A stretch of DNA of 64,000 nt, from the NCBI GenBank assembly GCA_964540055.1, contig CAZILC010000004.1:13745-77744 (forward strand), in the 5' to 3' direction. The position numbers and the translations under genes are program-made. Positions within the stretch are counted from its first letter, which is position 1, and each line of letters opens with the position of its first letter. This DNA is from an uncultured Gammaproteobacteria bacterium. Lineage in GTDB: Bacteria > Patescibacteriota > Microgenomatia > Levybacterales > UBA12049. This document shows positions 19,692 to 29,667 of the stretch, piece by piece. Under the pieces are notes generated by a model. That model made no database searches. It was given only the letters and a program-made list of their open reading frames with translations, and had not been told where the DNA came from.

Positions 19692-20945
19692 TTACAAACT
19701 TCCCTTTAAGGCCTTTCCTTTCTTGTAATTAATAAAAACAAGCACAACAAACAAAGTTATAAGAGGTATCTCAACAATAACAGATATCACCTGAGCATAT
19801 CCCGCGCCGACGATTCCATAATAATGAACAAATGGAACAACTGCAATTGCAAGAGTTAAAAACCGAATAAAAACGGTAAAACTCACAATCTTTTGTTTAC
19901 TTAACGAGAGAAATAATGCGGAAGAGGGACCCGCAACTGTTCGCAAAACTCCATAAATAATCAATATTTTAAGTACTGGAATTATAGATAACCACTGATT
20001 ACCGAGAAAAATTCGAATTATTTGTTCAGGAAAGAAAAAGATAATGAACCCTAAGAATGATGCTCCAAAAAAGACTAATATAACTGTTTTTAAAAATGCC
20101 TTACTGAGACGTTTTGTATCGTGCGTAATCTTTGTATAAACAGGAAATGCAACACTGCTGACAACATCTGATATTTCAGTAAGAGGAAGAATCGATATTT
20201 TATAGGCCATTTGATATAAGCCTAAACTCGTTGCCCCCAACAATCTTCCTACAACTACGTTATCTAAATTCTCGGCAAAGTAATTAAATATGGTATATCC
20301 TGTGACCCATATTCCTTTATGGAATATTTCCTTAAAATAACTTTTTTCAATCGCAAAACGGGGTCGGGGTTTTATAAAAGTAAGAGATAGAAAAACTTCA
20401 AATAGAGCACTAATTAGCATCCCCCAAACGATGCTATATACAGAGTGAGTTAAAAAAATTACAAAAACTGCAACAGCTGTATCAATAAGATTAAGCCCCG
20501 AGGTAAACCAAAATTGGAGATTAAAATTAAGATCTTTTTGAAATTTTACTTCTGAGGGATTAATAAATCCACGAACAAACGGAACTATACTAATAAAAAG
20601 TAATATACCGAGCGCATCTGGAGTTCTGAAAAAAATAACCATAAGGGGTGTTAATAAAATAATAAAAATAGAGATGAGTAAGCCTCTGATAATTGAAACA
20701 ACCCATGCGGCATTAATATAATCTTTTAAATCTGCCTTTGACTGAATTAAAACAATATTGATACCAGTTTCAGTAATTGTTTCCAGTAATGCCAATAGAA
20801 GTGAGGCAATACCGAAAAGTCCAAACTGCATCGGTGTTAAAAATCGTGCAAGAATAAAAATTTTTACAAATGAAAAACCGCGAAATACAAAGCGTGAACC
20901 AGACATCCAAGATATCCCTTTGATGGTATTTTTAGTATATCCCAT
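19692..20945 (-). CDS. Wzx-type (MOP superfamily) polysaccharide flippase
   Basis: 417 aa with about 12 TM. The N-terminus ...FVKIFILARFLTPMQFGLFGIA is typical of Polysacc_synt proteins. Confidence 0.6.
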   Translation of the reverse strand: MGYTKNTIKGISWMSGSRFVFRGFSFVKIFILARFLTPMQFGLFGIASLLLALLETITETGINIVLIQSKADLKDYINAAWVVSIIRGLLISIFIILLTPLMVIFFRTPDALGILLFISIVPFVRGFINPSEVKFQKDLNFNLQFWFTSGLNLIDTAVAVFVIFLTHSVYSIVWGMLISALFEVFLSLTFIKPRPRFAIEKSYFKEIFHKGIWVTGYTIFNYFAENLDNVVVGRLLGATSLGLYQMAYKISILPLTEISDVVSSVAFPVYTKITHDTKRLSKAFLKTVILVFFGASFLGFIIFFFPEQIIRIFLGNQWLSIIPVLKILIIYGVLRTVAGPSSALFLSLSKQKIVSFTVFIRFLTLAIAVVPFVHYYGIVGAGYAQVISVIVEIPLITLFVVLVFINYKKGKALKGSL

Positions 20946-20946
20946 A

Positions 20947-21993
20947 TTAGAAACGACCTAACTTCTCTCTTTTTATTATACCTCTACTAAAACCTAATAA
21001 GACAGCTATATCTGAGATGAATTGTAGCGTGGGTAATATATAAAGAGCAGGCAACTTTTTAACGTATCGATAATTTTTTTTAATTGCCCAAAGAATATAC
21101 AAAACTAACATAAAAAAGATCGTAATAAGGAGCAAATAAGATTTAGAAATAATAAAAACAACTAAAAGTATTAATCCTAATACATAACGTAAAAAAAGTA
21201 ATGGTGTTTGGGGCCGGATATACAAAGCTTCTCCATCACCCTTTGCATAAGAATAAAATTGAAAAAATGCTTCTATTAGCGAATGTCTTTGTGGCCAATA
21301 AACGATAGCGTCTTTGCAAAAATAGAAATAAAAGCCAGCATCTTGAAGTTTTCGATCAAATACCAAATCTTCACAGGTATCAAGATTTTCAGGATATCCT
21401 CCAACACTTTCCCAAGCTGATTTTAAAAAAGCAACAGATCGCGAGGAAGGAAGAAAATTGTGAGGATTTATATTATCAGGCATTACACAAGTATATGCTG
21501 CTAAACACTTCTCAAAAACATTATTTGTGATAGGGTGATAAAATCCACTAACAACAGAAACATTTTTACTTTTTTTTATACTTTCTGTAAAACTTTGCAT
21601 TTTTGCTGATAATAAGTTGACATGTGATTTGCTTTTATCTGCTGTTACGGGAATAGTAAACGGCTCTATAATATTTCTTACCCAATCTTTATCCAAAATA
21701 CATCCTGCATCTGAACAAAGAATAATTTCACCACTTGCATGTTTGATAGCTTCATTACGTCCAACTGACCGATTTCCTTTCTTTATCAATAGAGCAAAAT
21801 CAACTTTTTTTTTCTTAATAATTAATTCATAATTCTTAATTCTTGTTCTCGTATTATCATTGCTTCCTCCATCGACAATTATAATTTCATGAGGCTTTAT
21901 AGACTGATTTAGTAAAGAGTCAAGAAATGGTACTATTGATGTCTCTTCATTAAAAATAGTAGTAATAAAAGAAATTTTATACTTAAATATCAT
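20947..21993 (-). CDS. GT2 glycosyltransferase with C-terminal membrane anchor
   Basis: Motifs are SFITTIFNEE, IIIVDGGSNDNT and CSDAGC (DxD-like). The C-terminus has 2 TM. Confidence 0.65.
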   Translation of the reverse strand: MIFKYKISFITTIFNEETSIVPFLDSLLNQSIKPHEIIIVDGGSNDNTRTRIKNYELIIKKKKVDFALLIKKGNRSVGRNEAIKHASGEIILCSDAGCILDKDWVRNIIEPFTIPVTADKSKSHVNLLSAKMQSFTESIKKSKNVSVVSGFYHPITNNVFEKCLAAYTCVMPDNINPHNFLPSSRSVAFLKSAWESVGGYPENLDTCEDLVFDRKLQDAGFYFYFCKDAIVYWPQRHSLIEAFFQFYSYAKGDGEALYIRPQTPLLFLRYVLGLILLVVFIISKSYLLLITIFFMLVLYILWAIKKNYRYVKKLPALYILPTLQFISDIAVLLGFSRGIIKREKLGRF

Positions 21994-22051
21994 GTTTACA
22001 TTGGTCTTGCAGACGTTTATAATTCTACCATACTACTGTTAGTTACTATCA

Positions 22052-23314
22052 ATGAATAAAAGTATTGTCACTGTTATTGGTATAGGAAGAGTTGGATTAC
22101 CGTTTGCCCTCGTTATCGCTAATGAAGGATATAAAGTTTTTGGTATTGGAAGAGACGAAGAAAAAATTGAAAGTCTAAAAAAAGGAAAAATGCCGTTTGT
22201 TGAGGAAGGAGCAGAACTGCTTAAAGAACATGAGAATAAAAATTTTTTCCCTACTACCTCTTATGACTCAATAAAAAAATCGGACATCATTATTCTTACC
22301 TTGGGTACCCCGATTGATGAAAATATGAATCCGGTATTGGGACAGATCAATACTGTAATTCAAAAAATCACCCCGCTTTTAAGGAATGGTCAACTAATAA
22401 TTCTACGAAGTACTGTTTCACCAAATACAACAAAATATGTGAAAGAAACCCTAGAAATCAAAACAAAACTCAAAGTAGGACGAGATATCTTCCTCGCTTT
22501 TTGTCCTGAACGGATCGCAGAAGGAAAAGCGGTAAAAGAAATTAAAGAAATTCCTCAAATTATTGGGGGTATTGATATTCGTTCAACAAAACGGGCTAGA
22601 CTTTTTTTTGAAAGTTTGGGAATTGAATGTATTACAACAGATGCGACAAGCGCAGAATTGGCGAAATTATTTACTAATATGTACCGGTATATTTCTTTTG
22701 CGATAGCAAATGAATTTTTTGTGATTGCGGAAAATTTTAACAGAGATATCAGTGAAATCGTAACGCTTGTTAACCAGGGATATAAAAGAAACGGATTGGC
22801 AATCCCAGGATTCAGCGCGGGCCCATGTCTTTTTAAAGATGGTTTCTTCCTAATAAACGATAATCCTTATCTGGATCTGATTACAGCAAGCTGGAAAATC
22901 AATGAAGCGATGCCTCTTTTCCTAGTAAAAAAATTAAAAGAACGGATTAACTTAAAAGGAAAAAAGGTAGTTATCTTAGGCGTTGCGTTTAAAGCGGAAA
23001 TTGATGATATTAGAGAATCATTAAGTTTTAAACTAAGAAAAGCGCTTCTGAGGGATCATGCTGAAGTAGTACTTCATGATCCTTATGTTAAATTCTATTC
23101 TCAGCAAAAAATTTATCATTCTTTATCTGAAGCATTAGAAGGAGCCGATGCGGTCATAATTGGTACAAATCATAAAATGTATAACGAGAAAAAAAGTGAA
23201 ATTATTGCATCTGTAAAAGGAAAAACGTATATTTGCGATATTTGGAATTCTCTAGAAACTAATAAATTACTATTTACTGCGAATCAGATGAAAACAAAAA
23301 AGAACTACACTTGA
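22052..23314 (+). CDS. UDP-glucose/GDP-mannose dehydrogenase-family nucleotide-sugar 6-dehydrogenase
   Basis: It has the Rossmann motif VTVIGIGRVGLPFA, a catalytic-Cys region GFSAGPCLFKDG and a C-terminal VILGVAFKAEIDDIRES. Confidence 0.7.
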   Translation: MNKSIVTVIGIGRVGLPFALVIANEGYKVFGIGRDEEKIESLKKGKMPFVEEGAELLKEHENKNFFPTTSYDSIKKSDIIILTLGTPIDENMNPVLGQINTVIQKITPLLRNGQLIILRSTVSPNTTKYVKETLEIKTKLKVGRDIFLAFCPERIAEGKAVKEIKEIPQIIGGIDIRSTKRARLFFESLGIECITTDATSAELAKLFTNMYRYISFAIANEFFVIAENFNRDISEIVTLVNQGYKRNGLAIPGFSAGPCLFKDGFFLINDNPYLDLITASWKINEAMPLFLVKKLKERINLKGKKVVILGVAFKAEIDDIRESLSFKLRKALLRDHAEVVLHDPYVKFYSQQKIYHSLSEALEGADAVIIGTNHKMYNEKKSEIIASVKGKTYICDIWNSLETNKLLFTANQMKTKKNYT

Positions 23315-23337
23315 ACTGCTGACAAAGATTACTCAGC

Positions 23338-23997
23338 CTACTTTTTTCTATATTTTCCAAATTGAAAAAATAATCTATGGCGATGCCAAATTTTTACAAA
23401 ATATTTTTCTAAAGCTTTACCAAAAAGAACCTGATTGTCAAGAAAATAAGGATACATCCCAGTTTCCATTTCAAGTTTCATGACTTCATAGCGGGTATTA
23501 ATTGGACCTATCCATTCAGGGAGGATGGTATGAAAAGTAATCATATCCATTAGTCGACGCACTAATGTTGGCGAAGGCTCCAAAAAACATAATAAACCGC
23601 CAGGTTTTAATATTCTGACGATTTCTTTCATTGCTTCATCATACTTATCTATATGATGAAATACCTGACTCACAATAACAACGTCCGCGAAATTTTTTGG
23701 CAATCCTGTTTTACCGATAAGACCTTTTCGGACATCTAAACCGTCTTTTATGCAGCTATTTCTACACAGATCATCTGGTTCAATACCAATTATATGTTTA
23801 AAAGAGCGATCACGAAGTGTTTTTAATAAATCTCCATATCCACAACCAACATCAACAATTATATTTTTTTTATCCAAATCAAACATTTCTGGATCATGTC
23901 TCAATAATTTTACTAATAGATTCCTATAGGTTCCAAAATGAACAGCATATTCTGGAACCTGAACAAAACTATTATTGTTTCTATTTGATGACTTCAT
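23338..23997 (-). CDS. Class I SAM-dependent methyltransferase
   Basis: It carries VDVGCGYGDLL (motif I). I prefer the ATG at 23997 (MKSSNRNN) because the longer ORF runs into the upstream gene. Confidence 0.6.
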   Translation of the reverse strand: MKSSNRNNNSFVQVPEYAVHFGTYRNLLVKLLRHDPEMFDLDKKNIIVDVGCGYGDLLKTLRDRSFKHIIGIEPDDLCRNSCIKDGLDVRKGLIGKTGLPKNFADVVIVSQVFHHIDKYDEAMKEIVRILKPGGLLCFLEPSPTLVRRLMDMITFHTILPEWIGPINTRYEVMKLEMETGMYPYFLDNQVLFGKALEKYFVKIWHRHRLFFQFGKYRKK

Positions 23998-24004
23998 AAT
24001 GTAA

Positions 24005-24712
24005 TTATATTTTATGTCGAAAAAATGCAAATAAGAACCAAGGCATATAAACAACAAGTGACTTTCCAAATTTAAATTTACTTTTACCATGAACTCGTTG
24101 GTGCCACACCGTCGGTATCTCAATTAGTTTATACCCTAATGCCTTAGACTTTACAACTATCTCCAAAGTGACACTAAAACTTGTCTTACTTTTTAATTCA
24201 AGTTTTTCTAACATTTCTTTTGAATACATTTTATAACTATTTGTTGGATCATAGGTGTTTATACCTGCAAAATTTTTTAACAGAAAGCCTGCTATCCGAG
24301 GAGCAAGTACTTTTAGAGTAAAATTTATTTGCTGTTTTCCACCAGGCATATATCGAGAAGGACAAGCTATTGCGGCAAATTCAGGAACTATCTTTAGCAT
24401 ATCTTTAACTTGCGATAAATCATCACATAAATCTCCCATTGTTACCAGCACTCTAGGAGCTTTTGCCCGCTTTATACCTGTCCTTATTGCACCAGAAGGG
24501 CCAGGTGTCACAATATTTTTCATCACAAAAAGATTCTTTTTACTCTTTAAAACATGTTTTAAAACAGGCAGAGTTGTATCTCCATCAAAATCATAAATTA
24601 TGAGTATCTCATGAGGTATATGAATATGTTTTTTTATTTCATTTAATGTCTTAAGTATATTCTCACTTTCGTTGTAAACAGGAATTATTATTGATAACTG
24701 TAGATTCTTCAT
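24005..24712 (-). CDS. Short GT2 (DPM1/ArnC/GtrB-like polyprenyl-phosphate sugar synthase candidate)
   Basis: 235 aa with LSIIIPVYNESENI and YDFDGD/MGDLCDD acidic motifs. It has an ATGA overlap with the upstream C-methyltransferase. Confidence 0.6.
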   Translation of the reverse strand: MKNLQLSIIIPVYNESENILKTLNEIKKHIHIPHEILIIYDFDGDTTLPVLKHVLKSKKNLFVMKNIVTPGPSGAIRTGIKRAKAPRVLVTMGDLCDDLSQVKDMLKIVPEFAAIACPSRYMPGGKQQINFTLKVLAPRIAGFLLKNFAGINTYDPTNSYKMYSKEMLEKLELKSKTSFSVTLEIVVKSKALGYKLIEIPTVWHQRVHGKSKFKFGKSLVVYMPWFLFAFFRHKI

Positions 24713-25965
24713 GGGACAATTCTTGGTTTGGGAAGAGGTACAATAAACTTCCCTCCTTTTCTAATATATTCACTTTTTTCTAGAAAAAAATCAAGATAAT
24801 TCCAGGTGAGTAATAATGCATATTCGGGCATTTTTTTAAGAAATGTTTCATCACTAATAATCGGAATATGTGACATTGGTGTAATAAGTCCTTGCTTTAA
24901 CGTATTATTTTCAGCGATATATGCAATATCTTTCTGTGTTAATTCAAAATAGTTAAGAAGGGTATTACCTTTTGCGGATGCACCAAATCCTCCTATATGA
25001 ACCCCAGTGCTTTGCAGTTTAACTATTATTGCTAATAATTCTTTTTTTACTTTTGCTATTTTTTTTGCGTAGTTTAAATATGTTTCAATATTTGCTATAC
25101 CCCATTTCTTTTCAAAAGTTGTAATTGTACTAACGGATTTATCTAATGTTCTTTTTCCTTCTTTTTTTTGTACGAAAACACGTATTGCTGGACCTGATGC
25201 CCCAAACGGTATGCGATCAACTTTGAAAATTTCAAGACCAAATTTTTCGAATAATCTAATCATCGGTGTAACGCTTAAATAGCTTAAATGTTCATGATAT
25301 ATGGTATCAAAAAGCGTTTGATCTATTAAATCTATCAAATATGGCGCTTCAATTACAAAAATGCCATTAACATCTAATAGAAAATGTAGACCTTTTACAA
25401 AGCTCGCTAAGTCATCAACATGCGCAAATACATTTGTCGCTGTAACAACTTTAGCTTTACCATATTTTTCCAGAATTTTTTCGGCTATTTTTAAACTAAA
25501 GAAATCTTTAAACACATCAAATCCTTCAGCTATTGCAATATCCGCAACTTTTGATGGTTCGACTCCGAGACGGATAATCCCAGGTTTTTTGTAACCATCC
25601 AATAAAATTCCATCATTGCTACCAATATCAACTACGACATCACCTGATTCAAGCGTATACTCTTTCGTAAGTAATTCAGCAAGCTCATGATAATGATTTT
25701 TTAGTGCTTTTGATGTAGAAGATAAATAAACATAATCATCAAAAATAATCTCAGCTGGAACAACATCTAATAATTGAACAAGATAACAATTTTGGCAAAA
25801 GTAGACATCCAATGGGTATGCAATTTCATTAGCTATTTGATCTGAACGAATAAAGCTATTTGAAGGTGGCTGATCTCCAAGTGAAAGAAATCTCTTAAGC
25901 TCTTTTGACCCACAGTATCTACATTTTTCATTTTTTTTCGCTAAAATACTTTTTTTAAGAGGCAT
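24709..25965 (-). CDS. NDP-ketosugar C-methyltransferase, paralog 2 of 3
   Basis: Motifs are CRYC...CQNC, VVDIGSNDG, TATNVFAH and YHEHLSY. It aligns colinearly with 7873..9123 and 30536..31804. Confidence 0.7.
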   Translation of the reverse strand: MPLKKSILAKKNEKCRYCGSKELKRFLSLGDQPPSNSFIRSDQIANEIAYPLDVYFCQNCYLVQLLDVVPAEIIFDDYVYLSSTSKALKNHYHELAELLTKEYTLESGDVVVDIGSNDGILLDGYKKPGIIRLGVEPSKVADIAIAEGFDVFKDFFSLKIAEKILEKYGKAKVVTATNVFAHVDDLASFVKGLHFLLDVNGIFVIEAPYLIDLIDQTLFDTIYHEHLSYLSVTPMIRLFEKFGLEIFKVDRIPFGASGPAIRVFVQKKEGKRTLDKSVSTITTFEKKWGIANIETYLNYAKKIAKVKKELLAIIVKLQSTGVHIGGFGASAKGNTLLNYFELTQKDIAYIAENNTLKQGLITPMSHIPIISDETFLKKMPEYALLLTWNYLDFFLEKSEYIRKGGKFIVPLPKPRIVP

Positions 25966-26068
25966 ATTGATTTACTATTTATATCACTACAATATATGAT
26001 AAGTAAATAGTACATTAAAAAATGAATAATACTAACAATATAAAATCATTTAAATTTTATTGTGTAAT

Positions 26069-27625
26069 TTATTTCGTAATAAGAATTGAGTGATAATTAT
26101 ATTTAATGACAGAACCTGGTAAAACAGTAACTTCACTTATTTCACTGTTAGCCGGCAAATGATAAACATTTACCTGATATCTCTTAATCCACGATGCGGA
26201 CTCATCATCAAGAAAAAGAATAGTTGATATTCCTTTTGGAACTTTAAATGAAAAATACTTTGTTTGGTACCAGTTCATATTCCAATTAATAGAGTCAATT
26301 CTGTAATGTAGATAAAGATAAGAAGCATTAATATTATTAAGTCCAAATAAAACTGTCATGGGATACATTTTAAGATAGTATGTATATGGTCTCCAAAGTG
26401 TTTCTGTAGATATTAACAAGGTGGAATGAGGATTAAATTTTTGTTTTATTAAGGCAACTTTCGCACTCATTCTGATATCATTTTTTCTAATTTCCGAGTA
26501 ATGGAAAGATTGTGTGATATACTCCTTCTTATCTCCTGGATCACGGTCCCTAAAAAAAGTAAATAAATTAAATAGAACTAGTAGCGAAAGAATAATCCAA
26601 AGAAGACTATTTTTATTTTTGAAACTACTCCATATTGCAAATGAAATAAGCATCAGAATACCTGACAAATATGTCATTTGGTGTGCTGCAGAATCACTTC
26701 TAACAAATGAATTAAATACTAGCGAAGGAATTATCCAAAGAATAAAAATCACTATGAGTTTATTTTCTGCCAATTGTTTAAACATATTTTTCCCCCGGAA
26801 GAAACGTATAGTTATTGGAATATAATAAACCAAAAACAAATTCGCTATCCCAAAACTCAGGAATAAACCTTTAACTTGTATAAACCACACCGAGAAAAAA
26901 TGAATAAACGAAATTCCTGGTAAAGCTGTCTCACTATACTTATTGAGTAAGTTGAGATAATTAAATAATCCTCCTGCCTGCAGCAAGAGGGGTATTAACC
27001 AAGAAAGCGTACCTATTAGACAACTGAATAATGCAAATACTCTATTCTTTTTATCACTCAGGTATAATCCAAAAATAAATAACGGAGTTAAAAAAAATGC
27101 ATCTTGAGGTCTTATTCCTATAGAGAATGCGTAAACGAGTCCTAAAAGAATCCCCTTGGCTTTGTTCTTATACTGCATTTCATAAACGATAAGTGCTAAA
27201 ATACCGGCGGTGGTAGGCAGAATTCCATATGGATTTGCAGTAATACCAAAATAAAAAAAAGTTGGACCTGATAATAACAAAAATGCTGCAATAATCCCTA
27301 CAGATCTGTTAAAAAACCTTTTTCCGATAATATAATACACAATAGCTCCAACTGCACTAAAAAAAACACTTACCAAAAGTATTGAAAAATATGGGTCTTT
27401 AAAAAATAGGTGGAACGCTTTACCCACGGCAATATATAAAGGATATCCAGGAACCGACGGAGTATCTTGTATTAAGGTGTAACGAAAAATCGCAATTGTA
27501 TACTCCGCAGCATCCCAGTGCGTCATCATTTTTGGCAAAAGAAGTAATCTGGTCAGGATACCCAGCAGAAATAATAATATTAGTATTAAATAATCTTTTT
27601 TATTCAAAATAATACAGTAGTGCAA
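26069..27625 (-). CDS. GT-C-type membrane glycosyltransferase candidate (DUF2723/PMT-like)
   Basis: 518 aa and polytopic, with the first-loop motif MTHWDAAEY and a soluble C-terminal ~130 aa. The listed start is TTG. Confidence 0.45.
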   Translation of the reverse strand: MHYCIILNKKDYLILILLFLLGILTRLLLLPKMMTHWDAAEYTIAIFRYTLIQDTPSVPGYPLYIAVGKAFHLFFKDPYFSILLVSVFFSAVGAIVYYIIGKRFFNRSVGIIAAFLLLSGPTFFYFGITANPYGILPTTAGILALIVYEMQYKNKAKGILLGLVYAFSIGIRPQDAFFLTPLFIFGLYLSDKKNRVFALFSCLIGTLSWLIPLLLQAGGLFNYLNLLNKYSETALPGISFIHFFSVWFIQVKGLFLSFGIANLFLVYYIPITIRFFRGKNMFKQLAENKLIVIFILWIIPSLVFNSFVRSDSAAHQMTYLSGILMLISFAIWSSFKNKNSLLWIILSLLVLFNLFTFFRDRDPGDKKEYITQSFHYSEIRKNDIRMSAKVALIKQKFNPHSTLLISTETLWRPYTYYLKMYPMTVLFGLNNINASYLYLHYRIDSINWNMNWYQTKYFSFKVPKGISTILFLDDESASWIKRYQVNVYHLPANSEISEVTVLPGSVIKYNYHSILITK

Positions 27626-27733
27626 GCATATATTTTTTACGATCTATTATAAAGAAAAAAAGTAAGTCAAACAACATAAATCTTGTTTATAGAACATAAT
27701 ATACAGTATAATACCCTTCAGACAAAGCTAATA

Positions 27734-29620
27734 ATGTATACTCAAAAGTTTATTAATTTTTTCAATAAAAGTTATGGTAAGTTTCTGCTATTTTTATTTT
27801 CATTTTTATTTCTCATTTTACTAATCTTAAACAATATCGGTCTTTCGTTTCGTCAAAAAATAATTATCGATTCTACATTAGACTTTTCCTGGTTTACAGA
27901 TATTATTGAACGAATGCTGCATGGATATGTTTTGGGTAAAGATTTTATATTCACCTATGGCCCTCTTTTCCAATATATTTATTCTTTACCATCTCTTATT
28001 TTTCATGTGCCATCCTATATATCCTTTGCACTTTCGCCTCTTATATCATTCATCATCATTTTTTTTCTATTTGTTATTATTGCTTCCTTTCTCACAAAAA
28101 ATTCTTTCGAGCAAATTGCATATATTTTTTTTGTTTTTATCCCATTAGGTTTACTTACCTCAAGCGGGACTGATACTATTAAAGCATTCATACCAATCTG
28201 CTATTCATTTCTTTTTTATTTTACAATAAAAAAAGAATTTAGCTGGATAAGAATAATCTTTATCTCAATTCTCCCAAGTTTATTCGGTTTTTATACTTAC
28301 AATCTTTTTTTTACAACTATTGTTATCAGTTTTTTGTTATCTGTATTTGTTTCACTAAAAAATAGAATAATAGGAAAAAATTTACTTGCAATATGGATAA
28401 ATTTACCTCTTATAGTATTCTTCCATATTATTTTTAGTTTTGCTCTAGCGCACAATTTGAATTACATAACGGATTCGTTAGAGGCAATTAGTAATTATCG
28501 GTATGAGCTTAATCTTCCTTGGACCACAGATAGGATAAATATTCTTCTTATCTTCCCAATGATTATTTTATTTCTAACATATTATATTTGGAAAACAAAA
28601 AACTTTTCATCAGCTCATAAAGAAACTCTTCTTCTCTTTATTTTTACTGCTCTAATAGAGCTTGATTATTTAGTTAGCAGATCCGATGCAGGTCATTTAC
28701 TCTACGCTCTATTACCAAGCATCATAGCATTTTATACCGTTGTCTTTTTCTCTTACAAGAAGATTCCATGGATTGCCATATTTGGAATTATTTTGTATGT
28801 ATTCGTGCCATTTAAACCAAATTTTTCAGATACATATTCTCTTAAGAATGTTATTACTGTATATAAAATAATTCATCAAAAACCAGCTTTTTTTCAAATA
28901 TATACCTTGCCCGATGACTATTATTTCAAAGAAAACGAAATTAATTATCTAGCACAATTTGTGCAAAAAAATAAAGGCAATATACTTATTTATCCATATG
29001 ACAGTTTTATTTTAAATATGGAAGAATCAACCTTCAATACCTATGCACTTGCACTTTATCTCTATTCAAATTCACCCGTTGAAGAAAAAACGATAAGAGA
29101 ATTAGCTCGAAATAAACCTAAGTATATTATACTAGACATTGACACAAAAGGAGCACTTAATTTAGATAATATACCAAATTTTACGAGAAACCCCCTTTTT
29201 ACAAAGTGGCTGATTGATAATTATACAATCAGCAAAAAATCAAAAAAATATTTGATTCTGCAATATTCTGGCCACAAAAATACTTTTAATAGCAGTTGTG
29301 ATGCCTATAAATTGAAAGTTAATTTAAGTCTTCATGAAACAATACCGCAAAAAATTCTTGACATGATTAAGCCTCCAATTTATTATTGGAACTATAGCCG
29401 CCTGCCATATAATACCTGGTCAAAAAGCTATACTGTCTTTCCTGAGATTTATTCCGAAACAAATGTTACTTCATTATTTAATAATTCCAGCAATGTTAAA
29501 AATAAAGACTTGCTTAAAAAAATGAATAAAACATTATATATTATTAGGGTAAGTCCGTTTACCGGAAGTAAAGAGAAAATTTTATTTAATACAAATGAAT
29601 ACACATTAAATTGTTTATAA
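27734..29620 (+). CDS. Large polytopic membrane protein with soluble C-terminal domain (unknown family, GT-C-like architecture)
   Basis: About 628 aa from the ATG at 27734. It has about 12 TM followed by ~240 aa of soluble sequence, and the loop motif GKDFIFTYGPLFQY. Confidence 0.3.
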   Translation: MYTQKFINFFNKSYGKFLLFLFSFLFLILLILNNIGLSFRQKIIIDSTLDFSWFTDIIERMLHGYVLGKDFIFTYGPLFQYIYSLPSLIFHVPSYISFALSPLISFIIIFFLFVIIASFLTKNSFEQIAYIFFVFIPLGLLTSSGTDTIKAFIPICYSFLFYFTIKKEFSWIRIIFISILPSLFGFYTYNLFFTTIVISFLLSVFVSLKNRIIGKNLLAIWINLPLIVFFHIIFSFALAHNLNYITDSLEAISNYRYELNLPWTTDRINILLIFPMIILFLTYYIWKTKNFSSAHKETLLLFIFTALIELDYLVSRSDAGHLLYALLPSIIAFYTVVFFSYKKIPWIAIFGIILYVFVPFKPNFSDTYSLKNVITVYKIIHQKPAFFQIYTLPDDYYFKENEINYLAQFVQKNKGNILIYPYDSFILNMEESTFNTYALALYLYSNSPVEEKTIRELARNKPKYIILDIDTKGALNLDNIPNFTRNPLFTKWLIDNYTISKKSKKYLILQYSGHKNTFNSSCDAYKLKVNLSLHETIPQKILDMIKPPIYYWNYSRLPYNTWSKSYTVFPEIYSETNVTSLFNNSSNVKNKDLLKKMNKTLYIIRVSPFTGSKEKILFNTNEYTLNCL

Positions 29621-29667
29621 AAAAATGCCAAGGGTCACTAATTAATATCCAAAAAACACTTTAATCA

